From: Candidatus Kapaibacterium sp.
Lineage (GTDB): Bacteria > Bacteroidota > Ignavibacteria > Kapaibacteriales > UBA2268
Reading direction: 5' to 3'
Length of the DNA: 64,000 nt
Assembly: GCA_963665665.1 (NCBI GenBank)
Contig: OY762428.1
Location: forward strand, 1,888,001-1,952,000
Positions 1 to 8,587 of the stretch are shown piece by piece (position 1 is the first letter of the stretch; every line of letters starts with the position of its first letter). Position numbers and translations under genes: made by a program. Under the pieces are notes generated by a model. It saw nothing but the letters and a program-made list of their open reading frames with translations, did no database searches and was not told the origin of the DNA.

Positions 1-672
1 GTTTACAAAATTGAAATATGAATTAAAATCTGCTTTTAAGTAAAAGAATTGTTTATTGAAATCAAAAAACTGACCGGAAATATAATTGCCATTTTTACCG
101 AAAATATTTATAGTATCAGGAAGAACTGCTTTTTTATTAGCGATTTCAGGAATAGAGATTTTATCAATTTCAATATCCAGATTTACTTTTTTACTAATTT
201 TAGCATACAACTTATCTCGTGCGAGAACCAACGAATTAAAGGAGTTATCATCAGGCTTCAGTTCATTAGCCGTTGAAATATATTTTTCGAATAGGGACTT
301 AAAATTATCTGCATTTGTTTCAATAGATATTTCGCTTGGTTTAGAAAAAGTGATTAGGTTATTGCTATAGGAATGAAGATAATTCAAATATTTCTCGGAA
401 TAAGAGAAATAATATCCGGGAGATTTTTTAACCAATACCTCATCATTATTTATTTCATTCTGAAATCGTTTAATATCTTTATTAATCCCATTAAGATAGT
501 TTCTTAAAAATTTAACGCTGTCATTTGGAATCAGTTTATTAAGAAAGCTTAATTTTTCAGGAGAATATGAGAAGAACATATTCTTATTATCAACCATCAA
601 CAAGGCAATACTCACCTGCTCGTTTATAACGGGCCGGATGGGAGTAAACATTATAGAATAATAACTTTTCAT
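1..672 (-). CDS. DUF3037-like partner of HipA-like kinase (runs off window edge)
   Basis: Not in ORF track. Hand translation from ATG at 672: MKSYYSIMFTPIRPVINEQVSIALLM...YLNYLHSYSNNLITFSKP...SLFEKYI, open to base 1. Starts 2 nt after the kinase stop. Confidence 0.7.
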   Translation of the reverse strand, partial: MKSYYSIMFTPIRPVINEQVSIALLMVDNKNMFFSYSPEKLSFLNKLIPNDSVKFLRNYLNGINKDIKRFQNEINNDEVLVKKSPGYYFSYSEKYLNYLHSYSNNLITFSKPSEISIETNADNFKSLFEKYISTANELKPDDNSFNSLVLARDKLYAKISKKVNLDIEIDKISIPEIANKKAVLPDTINIFGKNGNYISGQFFDFNKQFFYLKADFNSYFNFVN

Positions 673-674
673 CT

Positions 675-1499
675 TTATTGCCTTAAATAGTAATAATAAT
701 GTAATTCAAATGCCTTTTTTACTTTATCTAACCAATCCTCGTTGAAAAGGTTTCCTATTAAAAAATCACGTTTCAGATCAATATCTATTTCCCAATCTGA
801 TGGTATTATTTGTAATAATCTCTCAAGAGAGTTCTTACAATCATCTACAAAGATCGTAAAATTTTCAAATAAATCGAAAATTATTTCATCATGATTAATT
901 ATTTTTTTCTTGAACAATATTTGGAATAAGTCATGTCTCAAAATTGTATCATTAATAGTTAATTCAATCAAATCTGTATAAGAGTTATTATTAAATATGC
1001 TGCCATGGTCAATTGCATAAAGTCTTGGTTCAGAAGCGGAAGGCTTGAACAACATATTCGGATTATTGTATGTTCTGTCTTCATTTCCAATCCAAATATC
1101 AAATAAAGCTATTTTTAATAAATCCCAAAAATTTATCTTTCTAAGAATTTCTTTTCTTATCAGATTGAAATTTAAATCAATTTCCTTAGTATCCTTCATG
1201 TAATAAGAGGCAAAGCAAGTTTTCGAAAACCACCGGGGCTGCATATCATTTTCAATTGCAAATCTATTAAGGTATTCATTGCCAGGCGAAATAAATGCAA
1301 AATCCGGCGTTGGGATTTTCCAGAATTCAAGAAATGAAGATGCTATATACTCATTGAATGGACTCGTTGATGAAGGATAATTATGCTTACATACATAATC
1401 ATTCAGATCATTACAGGTTACGAGTAAAGGCTTATTGCCGGTATCAAAAACCTTTGCCGGCTCTGTGATTACTGATAAATATCTAATTGGCATATTCAT
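675..1499 (-). CDS. HipA-like Ser/Thr kinase (HipA_2 type)
   Basis: Motifs TGNKPLLV, YVCK, NEYIAS, FDIWIGNEDR..NNPN, AIDHG. Confidence 0.85.
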   Translation of the reverse strand: MNMPIRYLSVITEPAKVFDTGNKPLLVTCNDLNDYVCKHNYPSSTSPFNEYIASSFLEFWKIPTPDFAFISPGNEYLNRFAIENDMQPRWFSKTCFASYYMKDTKEIDLNFNLIRKEILRKINFWDLLKIALFDIWIGNEDRTYNNPNMLFKPSASEPRLYAIDHGSIFNNNSYTDLIELTINDTILRHDLFQILFKKKIINHDEIIFDLFENFTIFVDDCKNSLERLLQIIPSDWEIDIDLKRDFLIGNLFNEDWLDKVKKAFELHYYYYLRQ

Positions 1500-1516
1500 A
1501 CTTTTTTATCCATCCC

Positions 1517-1660
1517 TCACCCCTCCACTATCTTTATTTCGTCTTCGGTCAGGTTGTTGAGCTTATAGACGAGCCGGTCTATTTGCTTATCGGTTATGGC
1601 TATCTGCTTTTGCAGTATTTTCTTTTCCCGGCTAAAGGACTGATAATAGTAGTTGTTCAT
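1517..1660 (-). pseudogene. 47-aa fragment resembling the C-terminal tail of type IIG (Eco57I/TaqI-like) R-M enzymes
   Basis: Hand translation MNNYYYQSFSREKKILQKQIAITDKQIDRLVYKLNNLTEDEIKIVEG*. Confidence 0.65.
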
Positions 1661-1678
1661 AGTTTTTTTCAAAAATCC

Positions 1679-2803
1679 TTAATCGTTTAAGAAATTTATA
1701 AATTCCCTGAGTGAACTTTGCAGTACTTCCCTGGGAATTAGTTCCCGTTCGTATTTTGCTATCATGGTCGGGCTCATACTACGGTTCAACGCGTATTTTA
1801 CAACCTCCCTGTTTGTTTCTTTGCAAAGCAGTATGCCAATCGAAGGATTTTCGTTGCTGCGTTTAACATCATTATCGAGAGCTTCGAGATAAAATTCCAG
1901 CTGCCCCATAAATGCAGGCTCGAATTCATCTGTTTTCAATTCTAAGGCCACCAGGCAATGCAAAGCCCTGTGAAAAAACAATAAATCAATTTTAAATGTT
2001 TTGCTGCCTACCTGAACCGGATATTCCTGCCCCACAAACAGAAAATCTTTGCCAAGTTCAAGTACAAAATCCTTCATGTTTTCCAGGATACTTTTTTGCA
2101 GACGTTTTTCGCTGTGTTTTTGCGGGAGTCCTAAAAAATCAAGATAAGCAACATCCTTGAACATATAATTCGAGCCGGGGTATTTTTTTTGCATTCCGGC
2201 AGACTGAATATTTTCAGATTTTATTATATGGTTATATGTATTGGTTTTAATAGCTCGCCTTAGCTCTTTTACCTCGAGCCGCTCATGATTTGCATACAGG
2301 ATATAGAACAGGCGTTCTCCGTTTGTCCGGCAGCAGTTCAGAATTTCCACATGGCTTGTCCAGTTAATTTTGCCAAGAATAGACGGGAAATTCTCAGGCT
2401 TATAAATTTGTGCAGTTTCAAACTGCACAATTTCACCGGGCTTATTATCATCAGATTCTATTTGTGCAGTTTCCGGCTGCACAATTGCGGCTTTGTATTT
2501 CGTATTGCCGGCCAATTCAATAAATTCATGCGAGGAATAGGTATCGAAAAAACGAACCATATTGTAAATATTACGGCGGCTATAGCCTTTAAGCCCGGGG
2601 TCTTTAGTTCGCAGGTATTCCGACAGTTCCGTAACCACTTTGCTGCCCCATTCACTGCTTTGCAGTTTTGTAGAAACATATTGACCGACGTTCCAGCATA
2701 TAAGCAGGCTTTCGTCGTTTACTGTTTTCAAAGCCCGCGACCGGTGTAGATTAATTATACCGCGGATATGCTCGAAACGGCTGTCTCTTTTATCTGATTT
2801 CAT
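1679..2803 (-). CDS. YhcG/DUF1016 family PDDEXK nuclease domain protein
   Basis: WNVGQY, WGSKVV..LS..L, FKD.AYLDFLGL, ELGKDFLFVGQEY, IDLLFFHR, LELK, ENPSIGILLC. Confidence 0.92.
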   Translation of the reverse strand: MKSDKRDSRFEHIRGIINLHRSRALKTVNDESLLICWNVGQYVSTKLQSSEWGSKVVTELSEYLRTKDPGLKGYSRRNIYNMVRFFDTYSSHEFIELAGNTKYKAAIVQPETAQIESDDNKPGEIVQFETAQIYKPENFPSILGKINWTSHVEILNCCRTNGERLFYILYANHERLEVKELRRAIKTNTYNHIIKSENIQSAGMQKKYPGSNYMFKDVAYLDFLGLPQKHSEKRLQKSILENMKDFVLELGKDFLFVGQEYPVQVGSKTFKIDLLFFHRALHCLVALELKTDEFEPAFMGQLEFYLEALDNDVKRSNENPSIGILLCKETNREVVKYALNRSMSPTMIAKYERELIPREVLQSSLREFINFLND

Positions 2804-2860
2804 AATTTTATCTTTTTCTTTTCAATATATTCATTATCCCATACTATGCAATAACATTTC

Positions 2861-2929
2861 CACCCCTCACCCCTCCACAATCTTTATTTCTTCTTCGGTC
2901 AGGTTGTAAAGATTATAGACGAGCTGGTC
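2861..2929 (-). repeat. Second copy of the R-M-tail repeat (first copy 1511-1579)
   Basis: 62/69 nt identical to 1511-1579; encodes DQLVYNLYNLTEEEIKIVEG* with no start codon. Confidence 0.85.
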
Positions 2930-3265
2930 GAATTCTTCGACAATATTAATAACTAATATCTGTATCAGGAATATTCATATCAGCCTCATAAGTATCAAAC
3001 TGCGAAAAACACCAGTCAACTTTGACTGCCGCTTTGCTAAATTTTTCTACCCTTCGCTCTGCCATTGCCGGAATACTCCCCCGCGAGCATTCAATTTCTA
3101 ATATCGCAAAATTTTTGGAGAATGGCAAGGGGAATCGGATGAATCGAATGAGTTAATTATTATTTTGAAAGAAAGTAAATTTCAGAGCCGTTACTGGGTT
3201 CAAATATAAAATTTTGATACAAAATGTACCAGATATTTTTATGGAATGTTTAGGTAAAAACAATT

Positions 3266-3298
3266 AAGCCTTTGTAAAATATTTATTTACAAAGGCTT
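3266..3298. terminator. Hairpin downstream of the tRNA array
   Basis: AAGCCTTTGTAAA-N7-TTTACAAAGGCTT. Confidence 0.6.
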
Positions 3299-3308
3299 TT
3301 ATTTTATC

Positions 3309-3388
3309 TGGCGGAGAAGGTGGGATTCGAACCCACGATAGCGCTTAACACACTATGTCCCGATTGCATCGGGATGCCTTCAGCCACT
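3309..3388 (-). pseudogene. tRNA-Ser 3' fragment (D-loop to CCA) with substituted anticodon arm
   Basis: Identical to the tRNA at 4046-4135 except the 17-nt hairpin at 3358-3374; lacks the 5' acceptor strand; ends in encoded CCA. Confidence 0.85.
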
Positions 3389-3625
3389 ATTTATCAGTTC
3401 CTTAATATAACTTCTACTTTTCATTTTTTTGATTTTTAATTCATATACCACCGCTTCTGAGCGGCTTTCAAACATCTTTGAATAAACTAATTTCCATGGA
3501 CGGTATGGCTTTGTTGATTTTACAGAGCCGGAATTATGTTTCTCGACCCTTTGCTCAATATTTTCAGTCGATCCAACATAGTAACGGCCTGTACTCAGGC
3601 TTTGTAGTATATAAGTGTAAAACAT
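3380..3625 (-). CDS. Small stand-alone GIY-YIG nuclease, copy 1
   Basis: FYTYIL..YYVGST....RV.KHN.G..T....PWKLVY...SRSEA...E..IKK; upstream GAGG; stop codon lies in the tRNA D-loop copy. Confidence 0.92.
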   Translation of the reverse strand: MFYTYILQSLSTGRYYVGSTENIEQRVEKHNSGSVKSTKPYRPWKLVYSKMFESRSEAVVYELKIKKMKSRSYIKELINSG

Positions 3626-3646
3626 TGAAAATCCTCACCATATATG

Positions 3647-3672
3647 AAAAAAGGGAACCTGTAGTTCCCTTT
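3647..3672 (-). terminator. Intrinsic terminator between tRNA 3' end and GIY-YIG gene (repeated at 4014-4039)
   Basis: Minus strand AAAGGGAAC-TACAG-GTTCCCTTTTTT. Confidence 0.7.
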
Positions 3673-3678
3673 ATCCTG

Positions 3679-3755
3679 CGGAGAAGGTGGGATTCGAACC
3701 CACGATAGCGCTTAACACACTATGTCCCGATTGCATCGGGATGCCTTCAGCCACT
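3679..3755 (-). pseudogene. tRNA-Ser 3' fragment with substituted anticodon arm, no CCA
   Basis: As 3312-3388; hairpin at 3725-3741. Confidence 0.85.
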
Positions 3756-3992
3756 ATTTATCAGTTCCTTAATATAACTTCTACTTTTCATTTTTTTGAT
3801 TTTTAATTCATATACCACCGCTTCTGAGCGGCTTTCAAACATCTTTGAATAAACTAATTTCCATGGACGGTATGGCTTTGTTGATTTTACAGAGCCGGAA
3901 TTATGTTTCTCGACCCTTTGCTCAATATTTTCAGTCGATCCAACATAGTAACGGCCTGTACTCAGGCTTTGTAGTATATAAGTGTAAAACAT
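3747..3992 (-). CDS. Small stand-alone GIY-YIG nuclease, copy 2
   Basis: Protein identical to 3380-3625. Confidence 0.92.
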   Translation of the reverse strand: MFYTYILQSLSTGRYYVGSTENIEQRVEKHNSGSVKSTKPYRPWKLVYSKMFESRSEAVVYELKIKKMKSRSYIKELINSG

Positions 3993-4045
3993 TGAAAATC
4001 CTCACCATATATGAAAAAAGGGAACCTGTAGTTCCCTTTATCCTG

Positions 4046-4135
4046 CGGAGAAGGTGGGATTCGAACCCACGATAGCGCTTAACACACTATGCTGGTTTAG
4101 CAAACCAGTGCCTTCAGCCACTCGGCCACCTCTCC
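4046..4135 (-). tRNA. tRNA-Ser(GCT)
   Basis: GGAGAGG/CTTCTCC acceptor stem, G73, anticodon arm CTGGT-TTGCTAA-ACCAG, long variable arm, GGTTCGAATCC T-arm; CCA not encoded. Confidence 0.96.
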
Positions 4136-4471
4136 GTTTTTCAAATTTTTATCGCCAAGTGTTTTTTTCACTATGTCCCGATTGCATCGGGATGCCTTCA
4201 GCCACTCGGCCACCTCTCCGTTTTTCAAATTTTTATCGCCAAGTGTTTTTTTCACTATGTCCCGATTGCATCGGGATGCCTTCAGCCACTCGGCCACCTC
4301 TCCGTTTTTCAAATTTTTATCGCCAAGTGTTTTTTTCACTATGTCCCGATTGCATCGGGATGCCTTCAGCCACTCGGCCACCTCTCCGTTTTTCAAATTT
4401 TTATCGCCAAGTGTTTTTTTCACTATGTCCCGATTGCATCGGGATGCCTTCAGCCACTCGGCCACCTCTCC
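4136..4471 (-). repeat. 84-bp tandem repeat x4, each a tRNA-Ser 5' half with substituted anticodon arm plus 33-nt spacer
   Basis: cactatg-tcccgattgcatcggga-tgccttcagccactcggccacctctcc at 4169, 4253, 4337 and 4421. Confidence 0.95.
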
Positions 4472-4501
4472 GTTCTGACTGATTGTATCAATCAGAGAGT
4501 A

Positions 4502-4530
4502 CAAATATACAACTAATTTATAATTTCAAA
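4502..4530 (-). promoter_or_regulatory. Putative Bacteroidota-type promoter for the tRNA locus
   Basis: Minus strand TTTG-N17-TATATTTG (TAnnTTTG -7 element) about 30 nt before the first tRNA 5' half; spacer slightly short. Confidence 0.5.
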
Positions 4531-4866
4531 AAAGAATTTTTTCACAATTTATATGAATTTGCTCATTCTGTATGAAATAATATAAGAACAATTGCCGATA
4601 TCTTGTCATATCAGTTTTATTAATAAAAATCAAACAGAAGACAATGCTTGAAGAAAGAACCAGACCAGTAGTTACGAGCCGGTTTATTTATATTATGCAG
4701 ATATTAACCGGTTATATAGCGTTTAATTTTTCAGAGGCGGGGGGATAATAGAAAGAACAAGATATACAAACACCCGGTATGCAAGTACTGATCCTTTCGG
4801 TACTATTATCAGGATCGGGTAAAAATTCCGATGCCACTAATTTGAATTGCTGTTTCGGTATTTGAT

Positions 4867-6279
4867 TTATTTACTACTTGAAACAATAGCTAAGCTGTCC
4901 CGGCCAACTCTTCGCCTCAGGTATTCCCTGAATTTCATAAATCTTCCCTCCAGTTCTGCCTTTTCTTTTCTTTTTTCGGGCAGGTCGTAATCAACAACTA
5001 CTAATGGCTGGAGGTTTCTGTAATTACTATCGTTGATACTTGCCATCAGCCCGAAAGCAAGTTCATTCATTTCAGGGAACCATATCTTTGACTCCGCATA
5101 AACTCTTTGAATAAGGTTAGAATCTACAGTCAGCCTGCGGTTGGCTTCCATCAGGCTGTCAATTCGGCTGTCCAGTGTCGTCTTTACATTTTTCTCAAAC
5201 TCAATTTGCTTCATAACGTTCAGGGCAACGTCATTCAGCATCGCTGCCCTTTCGTCTTCGGGAACGTTCATCTGTACCAGTTTCAGTTGCATATCCTGAA
5301 TTTTGTGGCTGGTAAGGAATCTGCCGTCAAAAACTTCAAGCCTGTCTCGCAGTGTATCGCTTTGTGCCTGGGTAAGTGGTTCGCCAACAACATATATTTT
5401 CAGATACAGTACACTGTCACGGTCAACAGGTTCCCACTTCAGCACATCCCTTTCCTCGTTCCTTATATTATCACCAATAAATGCCTGAACGTCTTTTTCA
5501 AAATTATATTCGGCAATAACATTTACAAGAATATAAACACTCGGAACTGTAACGAATGTTGCAAACGCCATAACCCAACGCTTCATCTTTCTTTTTGATT
5601 CGGGGTTCAGGAATTCCACTTCCGGGAATTTCAGGTAGCGTACAATTATATAAGTAGAAAAACTGATAAAAAAGGCATTAATGAAGAACAGGTAGAAAGC
5701 CCCGAAGAAATACTGCAGGTTACCCGTGGCAAGCCCGAAGCCTGCAGTACAGAGCGGTGGCATAAGGGCTGTGGCAATAGCAACTCCCGGAATAGCATTG
5801 GTTTTGTCTATTCGTGAATTAGCAACTATGCCGGCAACGCCGCCAAAAACCGCCACGCCCACATCGAGCAAAGTAGGAGTGATCCTAGCTGTCATCTCGT
5901 TTGTGGTATTGCCCAAAGGCGTTAGTTTAAAATAAATAAAACTTGTTACAAGGCTGATGCCAACAGCAATAGAGAAATTCTTGAATGAACTGAAAAGCAG
6001 TTCCCGGTCGCTGATACCAACAGCAAGGCCAATACCGAGAATGGAAGACATCAGTGGCGAAATAAGCATAGCGCCTATGATAACAGCGCTGGAATTCAGG
6101 TCAAGGCCTATTGAAGCCAGCATAGCACCGCAAATAAGTATCCATGCATTAGCGCCTCGCATGGGTACGCCGCTCTTTATTGTTGTGATAGTACCGGCCA
6201 TATCGGTAGTACCGGCAAGAGAGAAAATCTTTGTTATCTTTTCTTTCAATATCCTGAGAAGATAAAGCCCTACATTCAT
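4867..6279 (-). CDS. DUF389 membrane protein
   Basis: ASIGL..NSSAVIIGAMLISPLM, IPGVAIATALMPPLCTAGFG. Confidence 0.9.
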   Translation of the reverse strand: MNVGLYLLRILKEKITKIFSLAGTTDMAGTITTIKSGVPMRGANAWILICGAMLASIGLDLNSSAVIIGAMLISPLMSSILGIGLAVGISDRELLFSSFKNFSIAVGISLVTSFIYFKLTPLGNTTNEMTARITPTLLDVGVAVFGGVAGIVANSRIDKTNAIPGVAIATALMPPLCTAGFGLATGNLQYFFGAFYLFFINAFFISFSTYIIVRYLKFPEVEFLNPESKRKMKRWVMAFATFVTVPSVYILVNVIAEYNFEKDVQAFIGDNIRNEERDVLKWEPVDRDSVLYLKIYVVGEPLTQAQSDTLRDRLEVFDGRFLTSHKIQDMQLKLVQMNVPEDERAAMLNDVALNVMKQIEFEKNVKTTLDSRIDSLMEANRRLTVDSNLIQRVYAESKIWFPEMNELAFGLMASINDSNYRNLQPLVVVDYDLPEKRKEKAELEGRFMKFREYLRRRVGRDSLAIVSSSK

Positions 6280-6601
6280 TCAGCCTCCGACAATGAACTG
6301 TTCATAGAAATGCTTCCCACTAAAACTATCGGGTTATTATCAAATCAATTCCCGAACATCACAGATAAAAATATAATTATTTCTATTTAAAACAAAGACA
6401 ATATTGAGTAGTGCTGATATTTACTATTCTATTATCAGGCATTGGTTTCAAACTGAAAATTATCTGCCGGATTATTATCAAAAACTCAATCCCCCGTTCG
6501 GAACAAAAATCTCTTATCCCGGAGGGCCGAAACAGAGCAGAAATTGCAACCAAAAAAGATGAAGGGAAGAGTAATGTAAATTCTTTCCCGGGTAAAAACA
6601 T

Positions 6602-8587
6602 TTAATTCACAGCAGGAAGTGTAAAGCTGAATTCGCTGCCTTTGTCCTTACTGCTTTGAACCGAAATACTGCCACCATGTTTTTCTACAAATTCCTTGCA
6701 AAGTATCAAACCCAGGCCGGTGCCTTTTTCCTCGGAGGTACCGATGGTTGTGTGATTAACGTCTATCCGGAAAAGTTTTTGCATATCCTGATCGGAAATT
6801 CCTATTCCGGTATCAATTACCGAAACTTTTATATCGTCTTTTTCCCTGACAGATTTAACAGTGATATTCCCGCCTTCCGGTGTAAATTTTATTGCATTAA
6901 GCACAAGATTCCTGAGTACGGTAATTATCATGTTTGTATCAATATTTGCCTTCAGGGAATTCTGAATTGCAGATTGAAGAGTAATATTTTTACGGGCAGC
7001 ATTTCCCGATGTAAGCTCAAGCACATTATCGATAATGGGTTTTAACTCATAAATATCGGGTTTATAGTCAATTCGTCCGGTCTGAGACCTGGCCCAAACC
7101 AGCAGATTTTCGAGAAGCGCATAAACCTGGCTGCATGATTTATTCATTAGCATAATCGATTCTTTTTTCTCAATTTCATCAAGCACATCATATCCCGAGC
7201 TCATTGAATGAGAAATTTCCTTTACGGCCCAAAGCGGGCTTTTCAGGTCATGGGCAATTATCGAGAAAAATTTATCTTTGGTAGCTATCAGCTCGCGAAG
7301 TTTGTTGTTGTTGTTTTTCATTTTTCTGTTGAAGCGATAAATAATAAAGCTTATCGCAGCAATCATCAGAACTATCAGCGCCATAAAAATAATTATGGTT
7401 TTTTGCCTGCCAATTTCCATATCCTTTATCTTATTATCTTTTTTCAACACCTTGTTCTCTATCTCCATTTTCTCGGTTTCGTAAAGGAACTTAAGGTCAT
7501 TTATCTGCTTCATGCTTGCTTCATTCATTATCGAGTCGTTCAGGAGAAGGAATTTATCATAATAATCCACGGATTTTTTATAACTCCCGGTTTCATAGTA
7601 AATTCTTTTCAGGTGAAAATATGCTTTCTTCTGAACTTCAATAAGCCCGGCTTTTTCTGCATGGGAAATACCATTGTGGATATAATCAATAGCAATATTG
7701 AACTTTCCGGATTTAGAATACATAATTCCAATATTTATCATATTTACTGCAATATCTTTTATTACTCCGGTCTTTTTATTTATATCAAGAGACAAGCTGT
7801 AATATTCAATTGCTTTTTTGAAATCTCCTTTTTCGGAATAAATATTAGCTATGTTTGTATAATGATTAGAAATGCCGATTTGATAATTTAACTCTTTGTC
7901 GATATCCAATGCTTTGAAATAATAATACAAAGAGCTGTCGTAATTCTTTTTTGCAAAATGCATCAGCCCGATATTACTAAGATTGAAAGAAAGGCTGCTT
8001 TTATCGCCGTGTATTAAGTTTAAATTATAAGCCTCGAACAAGTTAGCCAATCCTATATCGTATTCCTGAAGATAGTAATATACAGCACTTAAATTGCCGA
8101 GTTTTACAGCAATGCCGGATGAATCGCCGATCTTCTTGTCCAGTTCTATTCCCTTTGTATAGAATTCAATAGCTTTTGGGTAATTTGCAAAGCCCGTGTA
8201 TATTATTGCAATATTACTTATCTGTTTGGACATAGCAATACTGTCCTTAAGTTGCTGGCTAAGCTTTAGTGCAGACTTATAATATTTCAAAGCCTTAGAC
8301 ATATTGCCGGAATAATAATGTGTTGTTCCCAGCAGGTTACTGGCTTTTTTTTCAAGGTTTTTCAAGCTGAATTCACGAGATAATTCAAGGGCTTTTTCCG
8401 CATAAGGAAGTGCATCCGACGGCCTTGTCCTGACCTTCGAGGTAGCTTTGTCAATCAGTAGCAATACTTTCGAACTGTCATCAGGAATGCCTGTTAGCAG
8501 GCTGTCTAAATTCTCTGCCTGGGAAAATGTTGATCCGGGTGAAATAACACATAAAAATAACAGAAAGAATGCCCTGAGCATTTTCAT
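6602..8587 (-). CDS. TPR-containing sensor histidine kinase
   Basis: Signal peptide, TPRs, TM helix, KDKFFSIIAHDLKSP, NAIKF, DTGIG, GTGLGL. Confidence 0.92.
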   Translation of the reverse strand: MKMLRAFFLLFLCVISPGSTFSQAENLDSLLTGIPDDSSKVLLLIDKATSKVRTRPSDALPYAEKALELSREFSLKNLEKKASNLLGTTHYYSGNMSKALKYYKSALKLSQQLKDSIAMSKQISNIAIIYTGFANYPKAIEFYTKGIELDKKIGDSSGIAVKLGNLSAVYYYLQEYDIGLANLFEAYNLNLIHGDKSSLSFNLSNIGLMHFAKKNYDSSLYYYFKALDIDKELNYQIGISNHYTNIANIYSEKGDFKKAIEYYSLSLDINKKTGVIKDIAVNMINIGIMYSKSGKFNIAIDYIHNGISHAEKAGLIEVQKKAYFHLKRIYYETGSYKKSVDYYDKFLLLNDSIMNEASMKQINDLKFLYETEKMEIENKVLKKDNKIKDMEIGRQKTIIIFMALIVLMIAAISFIIYRFNRKMKNNNNKLRELIATKDKFFSIIAHDLKSPLWAVKEISHSMSSGYDVLDEIEKKESIMLMNKSCSQVYALLENLLVWARSQTGRIDYKPDIYELKPIIDNVLELTSGNAARKNITLQSAIQNSLKANIDTNMIITVLRNLVLNAIKFTPEGGNITVKSVREKDDIKVSVIDTGIGISDQDMQKLFRIDVNHTTIGTSEEKGTGLGLILCKEFVEKHGGSISVQSSKDKGSEFSFTLPAVN

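Larger units (their letters stand above)
3311..4091. repeat. 367-bp tandem repeat, 2 copies plus a partial third
   Basis: gcggagaaggtgggattcg starts at 3311, 3678 and 4045; units look identical by eye. Confidence 0.95.

Noticed and set aside
49-370. Plus-strand ORFs 49-276 and 86-370, and most other short ORFs overlapping long genes
   Set aside because: Antisense or alternate-frame shadows of well-supported CDSs.
2946-3240. 60-aa ORF or integrase remnant next to the tRNA
   Set aside because: No recognisable motif and no recombinase signature seen.
3358-3374. Functional tRNA-Cys(GCA) genes
   Set aside because: Every copy with the GCA hairpin lacks either the 5' acceptor strand or the T-arm and 3' end.
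3478-4075. Plus-strand 76-aa duplicated ORFs
   Set aside because: Antisense shadows of the GIY-YIG gene and tRNA T-arm (RRRWDSNP is typical tRNA antisense translation).
4136-4471. CRISPR array
   Set aside because: Spacers are identical, the repeat is tRNA-derived, and no cas genes are in the window.
4054-4504. Three ORFs with 28-aa repeats (4054-4482, 4097-4504, 4173-4478)
   Set aside because: By-products of an 84-bp repeat (multiple of 3) made of tRNA sequence; no independent sign of coding.
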